From IMG/VR virus record IMGVR_UViG_3300048851_000040, positions 1-42,018 of that record: a DNA stretch of 42,018 nucleotides, one strand, 5' to 3'. Made by a program: the position numbers and the translations under genes. This DNA is from a virus. The notes beneath the pieces were generated by a model, which worked only from the letters and a program-made list of their open reading frames with translations, ran no database searches and had not been told where the DNA came from. Shown one piece after another: positions 7,501 to 15,049 of the stretch (positions are counted from its first letter, which is position 1; each line of letters begins with the position of its first letter).

Positions 7501-7737
7501 TCAGCAGCGCGCCACAGGCGTTCCAGGAAGCGTTAGCCCTGGTTTGAGGTGGGCGTTGGGGCCGTGAAGTTCGTTGAGCTTCGTCTGCTGCCCTTCTGGG
7601 TACGAAGGGTCTATGTCGTGAACGAACACCATATTCAGATGGCGCTTGATCAGATCCGTTTGCTTTTCGTTGAGGGAGACTGGCTCCCCTATTTCAAAGA
7701 GCCCTTGGAGCCAGTAGCAAAATTCAACTGCTTTCAT
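7501..7737 (-). CDS. Hypothetical protein
   Basis: 78-aa ORF in operon register, with protein-like composition. Confidence 0.55.
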   Translation of the reverse strand: MKAVEFCYWLQGLFEIGEPVSLNEKQTDLIKRHLNMVFVHDIDPSYPEGQQTKLNELHGPNAHLKPGLTLPGTPVARC

Positions 7738-7762
7738 CGGTTCAGTCCTTGTCCTTGAGGGT

Positions 7763-8074
7763 TCAGATGGACCGATCTAGGCGCTCAAGTGCGCTTTGAG
7801 CGCGGCGGATGACGTCAAGCATCCGTTCCGATCGATCTTTCAGGGCCGGGAGAACCCCTGTAGATGGGATCTTTTCGACAGGCTCAGAAGTTGCGAAAGA
7901 CGGCGCGTGACCACAGATGCGATCGACGGCACCCTTAACTCGCTCAGCGAGATTGCCGGCCTCGACCATCAGCCAGTCGGCCGTCTCGATTGCGTTGCGC
8001 TCTACCTGGGCCTGTGTCTGCCCCTGCAGGCTGCCTTCCAGATAGTCCTTTTGATAAGATGTCGGCATTGCCAT
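7763..8074 (-). CDS. Hypothetical protein
   Basis: 103-aa ORF in operon register. Confidence 0.55.
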   Translation of the reverse strand: MAMPTSYQKDYLEGSLQGQTQAQVERNAIETADWLMVEAGNLAERVKGAVDRICGHAPSFATSEPVEKIPSTGVLPALKDRSERMLDVIRRAQSALERLDRSI

Positions 8075-8080
8075 GGTAAT

Positions 8081-8362
8081 TTACCTTTCCTTGTTAGAAG
8101 AGATCCCAGCGCCGGCCATGAGCCGTTCTAGCGGCGATAGATGCGGTTTCTTGTTCGGTGATGTCCTCGGCACGTAGCCGTATCTCTTGAGGTATTCCGT
8201 CGAGGCTTTGGACCACGCCTTCTTGCCCCAGCTCGTGCATGCGAACCTGTGCGGCTTGGCTGCGGAGATAGCCCGCTTCCGTTCCTTGAGGTTGGCATCG
8301 GCCGGCATGTCGCGATCGACGCTGGCTATGATCTGGGATGCTTCTTCCTGCCAGGTCATCAC
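8081..8362 (-). CDS. Hypothetical protein
   Basis: 93-aa ORF that abuts the upstream stop. Confidence 0.55.
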   Translation of the reverse strand: MMTWQEEASQIIASVDRDMPADANLKERKRAISAAKPHRFACTSWGKKAWSKASTEYLKRYGYVPRTSPNKKPHLSPLERLMAGAGISSNKER

Positions 8363-8701
8363 TCACGCCTCCTCTGTTTCAGCTTTCGTGCCGCTGATAA
8401 AATCAGCCAGCCGAAGAATTTGCGGATCAATCGCACGGGCGCGCTCCTCCTGGTAAGCAGAGTCCATTTTCTGGCATGCCGTCTGGTACTTCGCGTAGGC
8501 CGCCGCCAACGGGAAGAAGCTGGACATCAGCATGTCCTTCACCTTCCGGTTCCGGAGGCGGAGCAACGTGCTGGCTGGCACACGGAGGCGCGTCTGCAGG
8601 CGATGCGCCGCGGCCTCTATGGTGTCGCCGGGTCCGCGGTGCTCCCATGCAAGGAGCGTCTCCGCCATACCCTTTGCTGTCATGATGTACGCGTCAGACA
8701 T
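8363..8701 (-). CDS. Hypothetical protein
   Basis: 112 aa from the internal ATG at 8701 (MSDAYIMTAKG...), with AAGGA upstream. Confidence 0.55.
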   Translation of the reverse strand: MSDAYIMTAKGMAETLLAWEHRGPGDTIEAAAHRLQTRLRVPASTLLRLRNRKVKDMLMSSFFPLAAAYAKYQTACQKMDSAYQEERARAIDPQILRLADFISGTKAETEEA

Positions 8702-8779
8702 TTTGGTTTCCTTGACCTGATTTTTGTCACGCAAGACATTTCTCCTGTGTTCTTGTGAGCTCGTACCAAGGAGCTGCAG

Positions 8780-9067
8780 ATGCACAGAAGCACTCACATT
8801 GAAGACGAGACTTCCGGTTCTCTTGCCGGATTGCCGGAAGTCTCGTCGCCGGCCCGCCGCGCTGGGCTAACCGCTGAAATTATCGCTTTCCCCGCCCGCA
8901 ACGCCGCCGCCTATGGGCTTGGGGAAGAAGCGACGGAACTTGATGAGGACGTTTTCCACATCGGTTCCGTCGCGGTTAAACTCGTCGGGAACTTCAATCT
9001 CCCGAGATTGTTAGTGGTGCGACAGGACCTGGGGGCAGGTTGTGATCCCATCGCACCACCGTTCTGA
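8780..9067 (+). CDS. Hypothetical protein on the opposite strand within the leftward early operon
   Basis: 95 aa. AAGGAG sits 6 nt upstream of the ATG and CTTGAC lies at 8710..8715. No credible minus-strand ORF fills 8702..9091. Confidence 0.45.
   Translation: MHRSTHIEDETSGSLAGLPEVSSPARRAGLTAEIIAFPARNAAAYGLGEEATELDEDVFHIGSVAVKLVGNFNLPRLLVVRQDLGAGCDPIAPPF
8804..8847. repeat. Perfect 14-bp inverted repeat (gacgagacttccgg / ccggaagtctcgtc) with a 16-nt spacer
   Basis: Read directly: arms at 8804..8817 and 8834..8847. Confidence 0.9.
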
Positions 9068-9091
9068 TCGCTGAGTGGGAGGCCCCGGCGA

Positions 9092-9280
9092 TCAAACTGA
9101 ATGGTGGAAAATCGTCTTGCTGCCGCCTTCAGCATCGAACAGCGCCATCTCGATTGCGCGGAGCGCTTCCCATTCGGCCTGCTGGTCATGGTCCATCCAG
9201 GAATAGTCTGGCTTGGGAGCCGGCGGCCTCGACTGGAACAGGGCACCGAGAACGGGGATAGACCTTAACGTCTTGATCAT
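9092..9280 (-). CDS. Hypothetical protein
   Basis: 62-aa ORF in operon register. Confidence 0.45.
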   Translation of the reverse strand: MIKTLRSIPVLGALFQSRPPAPKPDYSWMDHDQQAEWEALRAIEMALFDAEGGSKTIFHHSV

Positions 9281-9284
9281 GGTG

Positions 9285-9575
9285 TTACTCTCCGTTGGTG
9301 AAGTGGTTGGGAACGTTAGAAATCATAGCCTTGTATCCAATACGGAAGAGATCCCCCGGCATCTTGGAGCGCCATTCCTTTTCCGAAATGTCATGGAAAG
9401 GCCTCACCCGGATTCGGGCCGCGATCTCCATTTCCTTGGTCGGCTCTTTCGGAACGATGACTGCATCCATGGCTGCCAAATATGCGGATATGGCGGATTC
9501 GATTGTGAACCTGGAAACGACAGGGCTTCCCTGCATGGCAGCTTCGAGCGCCTTCTCGTGTCTCTCGTTAGTCAT
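9285..9575 (-). CDS. Hypothetical protein
   Basis: 96-aa ORF with an ATGA overlap to the upstream gene. Confidence 0.55.
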   Translation of the reverse strand: MTNERHEKALEAAMQGSPVVSRFTIESAISAYLAAMDAVIVPKEPTKEMEIAARIRVRPFHDISEKEWRSKMPGDLFRIGYKAMISNVPNHFTNGE

Positions 9576-9910
9576 GCTGGAACCCTTTTCTTGGAGGGCT
9601 TGAGCATGGCCTTGAAGACGGAAATATCGGTCTTGCGGGCAACGACGGGGCGGAAGCGGGATGCGCGGAAACTCGGCTCGTATAAGCCAGTTCCGCGATA
9701 GTACATTTCCGGGTTACGAATTTCGGAAAGCCTCACAACCAGCACGTCAGGAGTGGTCGCGTTTAGAAATCCTATGTTCCTGATCGTATATACTTGCCCT
9801 TTAACCGGACCTATCTCGTAGCCGTATCCACTCCCATCGTGAGCCCAGCCATCAACGCACACGACCTTCTGCCCAACATGGAATTTGCAAGACATGGTTT
9901 CGTTAGTCAT
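9572..9910 (-). CDS. Hypothetical protein
   Basis: 112-aa ORF (MTNETMSCKFHVGQKVVCVDGW...). Confidence 0.55.
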   Translation of the reverse strand: MTNETMSCKFHVGQKVVCVDGWAHDGSGYGYEIGPVKGQVYTIRNIGFLNATTPDVLVVRLSEIRNPEMYYRGTGLYEPSFRASRFRPVVARKTDISVFKAMLKPSKKRVPA

Positions 9911-9913
9911 GGT

Positions 9914-10195
9914 TCAGCGCTCCTCTGTGGAGGATTTATTTATGGCGTTCAGAGCGATTTCCGTTGCGCCGCGAAGAGCAGAGGCCAACGTTGACGGCTG
10001 GGCTAGATCGCAATCAAAGCCAGCATCGAACTTGTCGAGCATCCACTGAGGGCAATAAGCAACGTCAGGTCCGACCGTCGCATCGCACGAAACCGAGCAT
10101 TCCCCGACAGTGAACCACCAGCCAGGAAGAGCCTCTTTGAAGTCACGAACTGCTTCCGACAGATCCGCCGGTATCTCGCTCTTCCCCTCAGGCAT
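9914..10195 (-). CDS. Hypothetical protein
   Basis: 93-aa acidic, Cys-containing ORF. Confidence 0.55.
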   Translation of the reverse strand: MPEGKSEIPADLSEAVRDFKEALPGWWFTVGECSVSCDATVGPDVAYCPQWMLDKFDAGFDCDLAQPSTLASALRGATEIALNAINKSSTEER

Positions 10196-10379
10196 CGTTT
10201 GCTTTCCTGTGTTCTTGGGGTTGGGAAGGGGCTTTGGAGACGCGGTTATGAACGACCACTGCTACGGTCAGGACCAAAGCCGCCCACCCAATACCGAGCG
10301 GGGAGATATCTCCCCAGCTAGCAACCAGTCCGCCAGTCCACGGCACAAGGAACGACCAGTATTCTCTGCTATCGCTCAT
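10188..10379 (-). CDS. Small membrane protein
   Basis: 63 aa from the internal ATG at 10379, with GAGGA 6 nt upstream. Product: MSDSREYWSFLVPWTGGLVASWGDISPLGIGWAALVLTVAVVVHNR... Confidence 0.5.
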   Translation of the reverse strand: MSDSREYWSFLVPWTGGLVASWGDISPLGIGWAALVLTVAVVVHNRVSKAPSQPQEHRKANDA

Positions 10380-10465
10380 CTGTGTTCCTCTACATGCTTG
10401 GGTTTGGAAGGGGTCACTGGAGGACATCGCCGCTTGAATTCTTTGGAGGAACACGGAAATCCGTC

Positions 10466-10690
10466 TCATCCCACGCGCCTTTGCCTTGATTGCACTCTTG
10501 GCAGAGGACTTGCAGATTGTTCCGATCGAGCCGGAGAGCCGGCCTCGTCCTTGACGGTCCTTGCCCATGTGATGCCGATTGCCTTCCCGATGTCCGCTAC
10601 AGAAGCTACCGTCTGCCAGTAGGCCCTTGCGACCTCAGAGTCCTCGATCGGCTCGGCAATCCCGAGGTATGGCGCATCCTTGATGGTCAC
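10466..10690 (-). CDS. Hypothetical protein in cII-like position (possible HTH)
   Basis: 74 aa directly after cro. ..VASVADIGKAIGITWARTV.. looks HTH-like. Confidence 0.45.
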   Translation of the reverse strand: MTIKDAPYLGIAEPIEDSEVARAYWQTVASVADIGKAIGITWARTVKDEAGSPARSEQSASPLPRVQSRQRRVG

Positions 10691-10890
10691 TGCGCAGCCT
10701 CGCCAGTTTCAAAGATATCTGGCCGAAGCACTTCCATCGGAATCCCGGTCGCAGCACTGACATCCTTCATTCGCTCTGCTGGAACTTTGTCCCACTGTGC
10801 AATCGCGCCCCTGGTCACGCCGATGCGGCGAGCGAGCCACGAAAGCGGCATCCTTTCTCTGACAGCATCCATCCCGGTGAGCTTCTGCAC
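10687..10890 (-). CDS. cro: Cro/YdaS-type HTH repressor
   Basis: ..MPLSWLARRIGVTRGAIAQWDKVPAERM.. Divergent from cI. Start is GTG at 10890 or the internal ATG at 10872. Confidence 0.8.
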   Translation of the reverse strand: MQKLTGMDAVRERMPLSWLARRIGVTRGAIAQWDKVPAERMKDVSAATGIPMEVLRPDIFETGEAAQ

Positions 10891-10924
10891 TGTTCGTATC
10901 TCCGATTTGCTATGGTCATTCCTA

Positions 10925-10952
10925 TGTACAGTCTAACTAACGGCGCGTCAAG
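10925..10952 (-). promoter_or_regulatory. Rightmost switch operator (20-bp element) plus CTTGAC -35 of the cro-ward promoter
   Basis: On the minus strand the region reads CTTGAC gc GCCGTTAGTTAGACTGTACA TA. The 20-mer 10925..10944 matches 12025..12044 at 18/20 in the same orientation relative to transcription. Confidence 0.5.
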
Positions 10953-11001
10953 TCATTCTGTCGAAGATTGTGACGGCATCGGCGTTTATGATGTCGGGGC
11001 T

Positions 11002-11643
11002 ATGGAACTGAACCAGAGAATCCTACTCGCCCGCGTGGAGGCGAAACTAACGCAGGAAGAGCTTGCTGATCGTGTCGGCAAGACGCGCGGAGCTGTGTCA
11101 CAATGGGAGAGCGGGGAAGTCCATCCACGGCCGGCCACTTTAAAAGCGATTGCTAAAGCAACCGGGAAAGCCTTAATCTGGCTCCAGAGCGGCGTTGATA
11201 ATAAGAAGCCTGGCCTATTTGTTGTAGGAGAGGTAGCCGCCGGCATCTGGAGGGAGGGAAGCGTGGAATATGTTCCATTCGGCGTCCCTGTTGCACCGCA
11301 TCCTGACTACCCAGCCGAAGCACAAAGGCTCTATCAAGTGCGCGGAAACTCGGTAAACAGAACGGTAGCTGACGGGGAGTATGTGCATTGCGTATCTGTC
11401 GACAGTGGAGCGATTTCTCCGGAGAACGGCGACCTAGTTATCGTGGTCCGCGAGAGGCATGGGACTAACGAATATACTGCAAAGCGGTTGGTAATTGAGG
11501 GTCGGAGGCATATTCTTCGGCCAGAAAGCACCGATCCCCATCACCAGGAAGACATTGTCATCGATGGTGATGAAGATACCCAAATCCGCGTAATCGATGT
11601 GGTTGTCGCGAAATGGAAGCCTTTCAGAAGGCCTGCGCGCTAA
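11002..11643 (+). CDS. cI: CI-type repressor (XRE HTH plus S24/LexA-like autopeptidase)
   Basis: LTQEELADRVGKTRGAVSQWESGE (HTH); VRGNSVN (Ser) and TAKRL (Lys) are S24 motifs. The start is placed at ATG 11002, because the track start at 10912 would run through the promoter/operator. Confidence 0.85.
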   Translation: MELNQRILLARVEAKLTQEELADRVGKTRGAVSQWESGEVHPRPATLKAIAKATGKALIWLQSGVDNKKPGLFVVGEVAAGIWREGSVEYVPFGVPVAPHPDYPAEAQRLYQVRGNSVNRTVADGEYVHCVSVDSGAISPENGDLVIVVRERHGTNEYTAKRLVIEGRRHILRPESTDPHHQEDIVIDGDEDTQIRVIDVVVAKWKPFRRPAR

Positions 11644-12024
11644 AATATTCGCGCATCTGCTTAATAAGATATCCCCTCACTAAATAGTTACTTCTGTCTT
11701 TCTGTAAGGTTCTGAACCAGAGGAAGGGAGGGAGGAAGCAAAGCTCCCCCTACCCCTCAAGGCTCTTAACCCTAAGAAGCAGGAGGAGCGTTTGCTTAGA
11801 TTTGAACCGTCAGTCGGTCGGTCGATCTAGCAGGACGCCTTACGGTTAGTCCGTCCCCATTTTCTGGCAGCACAGTGGGACTTTCGCTCCCCGCGCCTCG
11901 GGCTACACCAGCCGGGAATTGCACCCGGTCGCCCGTCTTCTGATTCTATCTATCGCGAACACCTGCCTCATTTCAAGCGTTTCCGTCAGTTTCCCTAAAC
12001 TTTTTTGGCTGGCCCTATTGTGCT

Positions 12025-12044
12025 GCCGTTAGTTTTACTGTACA
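12025..12044 (+). promoter_or_regulatory. Operator copy in front of the rightward early operon (PL-like)
   Basis: gccgttagttttactgtaca, followed by aa to give TACAAA. It is the reverse complement of 10925..10944 at 18/20 positions. Confidence 0.5.
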
Positions 12045-12067
12045 AACATCCTCAGAGAAAAGCACAC

Positions 12068-12250
12068 ATGAGGACGAACGAGATGGAACTGGCACTCAAC
12101 GAAATCAACCTGGCGAAGCAGGCAGCACAGAGCTTCATCGTTCCTTCGATGTTTGCGAAGCAGTTCGGCCTTTCGGTTTCCAACGCTGCTTTCCGCGCCG
12201 CCGACATGACTGGCTACACGAAGCGCGGCTCAGTCTGGTTCAAGGACTGA
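12068..12250 (+). CDS. Hypothetical protein, first gene of rightward early operon
   Basis: Start at ATG 12068, or at 12083 (GAGGA 8 nt upstream). The track start at 12005 covers the operator. Confidence 0.55.
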   Translation: MRTNEMELALNEINLAKQAAQSFIVPSMFAKQFGLSVSNAAFRAADMTGYTKRGSVWFKD

Positions 12251-12254
12251 GCCG

Positions 12255-12560
12255 GTGGGAACTCTTCAAGAGGGTGGCTTTCGGTTCGTCAGAAGGGGTG
12301 AGGACTTCAAGTGGGTTCACCCCGCGGAAATCCTACGGACCGACATGGATTGCACGAATATGGACGACGATACGTTCGAAGCAGTCGTGAGAAAGATCCT
12401 CCCCACTCCAAAGCAATTCCACACCACAGAGACAAGAACAGCAACGGAGAATGAAGATGATCAGAACCGAATTGAACAAGACAGAACGTCTTCTCCTCGA
12501 GTGGCTGTCCAAAGAGGACGAGAGCAACCTCGGGGAATGCGACGGAACCGACCTCGATAG
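12255..12560 (+). CDS. Possible hypothetical protein (tail overlaps next gene)
   Basis: GTG start. The N-terminal ~65 aa look protein-like. The last ~35 aa are Arg-rich and overlap 12451..12741 in another frame. Confidence 0.3.
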   Translation: MGTLQEGGFRFVRRGEDFKWVHPAEILRTDMDCTNMDDDTFEAVVRKILPTPKQFHTTETRTATENEDDQNRIEQDRTSSPRVAVQRGREQPRGMRRNRPR

Positions 12561-12741
12561 CCTCGTCAACCTTGGCTATGCGGCCATCCGCGAGACGGCA
12601 GGCTTCCACCGCAGCTACTCGAAAGTGAGTGTCACGGACAAGGGCTGGGATCTGCTCAAGGGCGAATTTTCACCGGAAGAACAGTCGCTAGCAGAAGCGA
12701 TTGGCCTCGGGGTCGGTGGCCGTGGTGTCGCCGAATACTGA
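12451..12741 (+). CDS. Hypothetical protein (possible winged-helix)
   Basis: MKMIRTELNKTERLLLEWLSKEDE...LVNLGYAAIRE. GGAG lies upstream of the second ATG (12457). Confidence 0.6.
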   Translation: MKMIRTELNKTERLLLEWLSKEDESNLGECDGTDLDSLVNLGYAAIRETAGFHRSYSKVSVTDKGWDLLKGEFSPEEQSLAEAIGLGVGGRGVAEY

Positions 12742-12807
12742 TCCATCCCAAGCATAGCAACCTACCACCACAGAGACAACCTAGTCTCAGATAGAGGGAA
12801 GAAGAAG

Positions 12808-13092
12808 ATGGCGTCGAACTGGGAAGCAAAAGGCTCCTACGTATTCGAAGGCTCCGACTGCATCGCGATCTGCGACACGGACAACGCCGACACTGCGACA
12901 TACGAACGCCGCGCCAAGATCATGGCCGCTGGTCCAGACCTCTCAGAAGCCTTGGTAGAGGTCATGTCGTGGATAAGGAATTGGGACGTACCGTTCCTTG
13001 AGGACGCCGAGTGGGCCGAGACGGAGGCGAAAGCCAAAGCGGCCATCGCCAAGGCTACCACCCTAACCATCCAAGATCAAACCCAGCGGTAA
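12808..13092 (+). CDS. Small acidic hypothetical protein
   Basis: 94 aa, with a purine-rich RBS (gagggaagaagaag) upstream. Confidence 0.6.
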   Translation: MASNWEAKGSYVFEGSDCIAICDTDNADTATYERRAKIMAAGPDLSEALVEVMSWIRNWDVPFLEDAEWAETEAKAKAAIAKATTLTIQDQTQR

Positions 13093-13128
13093 CGGCACAG
13101 GGCCGACGCGGAACATGAGGGTACGGAA

Positions 13129-13341
13129 ATGGCAACAGACGTTGGAATTGAGTTTGCGCTGCTGGACATCAAGAAGGGCAGGAAAGCTCTCGCCCGTCAT
13201 TTCGACGCTCGCCCTCGGAGCGGACCGTGCCCCGAGGAACTGCGCATCCCTATCACGATCACCGGCTACATCGACAGCCAGTGGGGAAGCGACGACGGCG
13301 AAAGCATCGAGTTCGCCATGATCGTCGAAAGCGTCTCCTGA
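13129..13341 (+). CDS. Hypothetical protein
   Basis: 70 aa, with GAGGG upstream. Confidence 0.55.
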   Translation: MATDVGIEFALLDIKKGRKALARHFDARPRSGPCPEELRIPITITGYIDSQWGSDDGESIEFAMIVESVS

Positions 13342-13370
13342 CCCCTCCCTACCCTAGTAAGGAAACCAAA

Positions 13371-13709
13371 ATGGCAGACAGCATCGAATACATCTTCGAA
13401 GAAATCCGAGTTCTCGGTGAAGGCTTGCTGGCTTCCGGCAAGGCTATCCTTGAGGGCGATGACGATTACCAGGGCGAGTTTTTCGTCTCCGAGATCCAGC
13501 TTGACCATGGACCGACGATCCGCCGCGGCATCCTGAAAATGCCTCCGTCTCTGGAGCGCTACCTGTTCCAGTACCTCGCCCGAGAAATCGAATGCCGATC
13601 GGATGCACAGATGGAATGGCGCGATCACGAGGAAGGCCTGTCCGAGCCGGACTATGACCACGTTCGGGCAGAGAACCGGGTTTACTCGTCTTTGGAGGCT
13701 GCGGAATGA
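13371..13709 (+). CDS. Strongly acidic hypothetical protein
   Basis: 112 aa from the internal ATG (AAGGAAACCAAAATG). Very rich in D/E. Confidence 0.6.
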   Translation: MADSIEYIFEEIRVLGEGLLASGKAILEGDDDYQGEFFVSEIQLDHGPTIRRGILKMPPSLERYLFQYLAREIECRSDAQMEWRDHEEGLSEPDYDHVRAENRVYSSLEAAE

Positions 13710-13906
13710 GCAGGCAATACGACGCAAAGCACGCCGTGCTAAAGGCTTACCCGGATGATCGACAGTCTGGCATCGATCTATTCCTTGAGTACCTCAGCAT
13801 CAGTGAAGACGACTTTCGCTACGAGGAAGGGATGTCTGCCGAGGAATACATCTACGGCAAGTCTTTCGACGCAGGCCATCCAGTAGGGGCTAACCTCCAT
13901 GAGTGA
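13706..13906 (+). CDS. Hypothetical protein
   Basis: 66 aa with an ATGA overlap. Confidence 0.55.
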   Translation: MSRQYDAKHAVLKAYPDDRQSGIDLFLEYLSISEDDFRYEEGMSAEEYIYGKSFDAGHPVGANLHE

Positions 13907-14321
13907 GAGCAAGCAGACTGGATCCCAGGCATATGTCCGGGGTGACGAGGCCGAGTGGATCAAGGAGTGCACCGCTAAGATTTCGAACGCTATTGGCGGC
14001 GGATCGGAGCTTTTCTCCCGCCATGGCGACGAGTTTCGACTGGATATTGATTTCGTCTGCAAGCGCATATCGGAACAGCGAGAGCGCATGATTGCAGCCT
14101 TGGGAAATTCTATCAGAGCGCAGCGAAAGGCGGACGGCATTGAGCTTTCGGCTCGTTTCGTTGAGAAGCGCCGCGATGACTACGTACAGGAGCACGGGTT
14201 CTATGACGGGGAAACCAACGTGGTTGAGTTTCCGGGTAACGGTGGAGAATACGTCGGGGAACTGGAAGAGATCATCGAGGGTATTCGCGCTCTTGCTTCG
14301 GAGGGCGAATCGGATGGCTAA
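13899..14321 (+). CDS. Hypothetical protein
   Basis: 140 aa with an 8-nt overlap to the upstream gene. Confidence 0.6.
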   Translation: MSESKQTGSQAYVRGDEAEWIKECTAKISNAIGGGSELFSRHGDEFRLDIDFVCKRISEQRERMIAALGNSIRAQRKADGIELSARFVEKRRDDYVQEHGFYDGETNVVEFPGNGGEYVGELEEIIEGIRALASEGESDG

Positions 14322-14658
14322 GCTCACATATCAGCAGAAGCTCGACGCGCTCTCATACCGATTTTACCAAGGCGCTCAATGGACGCCAAAGGCCGGTGAC
14401 TTCTATACCACAAGTCGCGCAGACCTTGAGCTTTATCAGGTCGTTTCCGTTGAAGGCGGGATTGTTCGGACGCGCTTTACCGAAGGGTCCGATGCGATTG
14501 CCGAATGGGCAGAAGACGGTTTCCTTACGGAAGGATTCGGACCCAAGCGTGTGTTCGTTCCCGAATGGGTCCTGAACCCGATCGAGTGGGCATCTCGTCA
14601 CGCCAAAGCCACCCTCTCCCCTCCCACCCGCGAAGAAGGAGTAAGGGGGAATGACTGA
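14314..14658 (+). CDS. Hypothetical protein
   Basis: 114 aa from the internal ATG at 14314 (MAKLTYQQKLD...). Confidence 0.55.
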   Translation: MAKLTYQQKLDALSYRFYQGAQWTPKAGDFYTTSRADLELYQVVSVEGGIVRTRFTEGSDAIAEWAEDGFLTEGFGPKRVFVPEWVLNPIEWASRHAKATLSPPTREEGVRGND

Positions 14659-15049
14659 GAAAAAACTCACCGAAGCTATTTTCTCTATGCAGTGCTCGTT
14701 CATCGCGAAGAATGCCGCCGCGTGGGCCGGAGACCTTCTTACACTGCCAGAGCGGTATGACGAGGCATCGAACCCCAGAACGGTAGCGCGGTTTACCGAC
14801 GACATGCGCGAGCGGCTGGACAGACTTGATGCATGGGCGAGCCGACCGACCACCGCCCTCGCCGCCAAGGATGCGGAGATCGAACGGCTGCGGAAGGCGA
14901 TGACTGCCGCCCGAGCTTCAATCAGGAACGCTCGCGGCGCCGTTGAAAGCAATCAGGTCTCCGACAAGGATGTCCATGGCACTCTCACCCGTGCCATGCA
15001 GCAGATCGACGCCGCCCTCTCCAAGCAGGAGGGCGCCAATGCGCGCTGA
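14651..15049 (+). CDS. Hypothetical protein
   Basis: 132 aa, predicted helical. Confidence 0.55.
   Translation: MTEKKLTEAIFSMQCSFIAKNAAAWAGDLLTLPERYDEASNPRTVARFTDDMRERLDRLDAWASRPTTALAAKDAEIERLRKAMTAARASIRNARGAVESNQVSDKDVHGTLTRAMQQIDAALSKQEGANAR

Noticed and set aside
10912-11001. Upstream extension of cI to 10912.
   Set aside because: It would run through the shared operator and the CTTGAC promoter element. The HTH domain begins right after ATG 11002.
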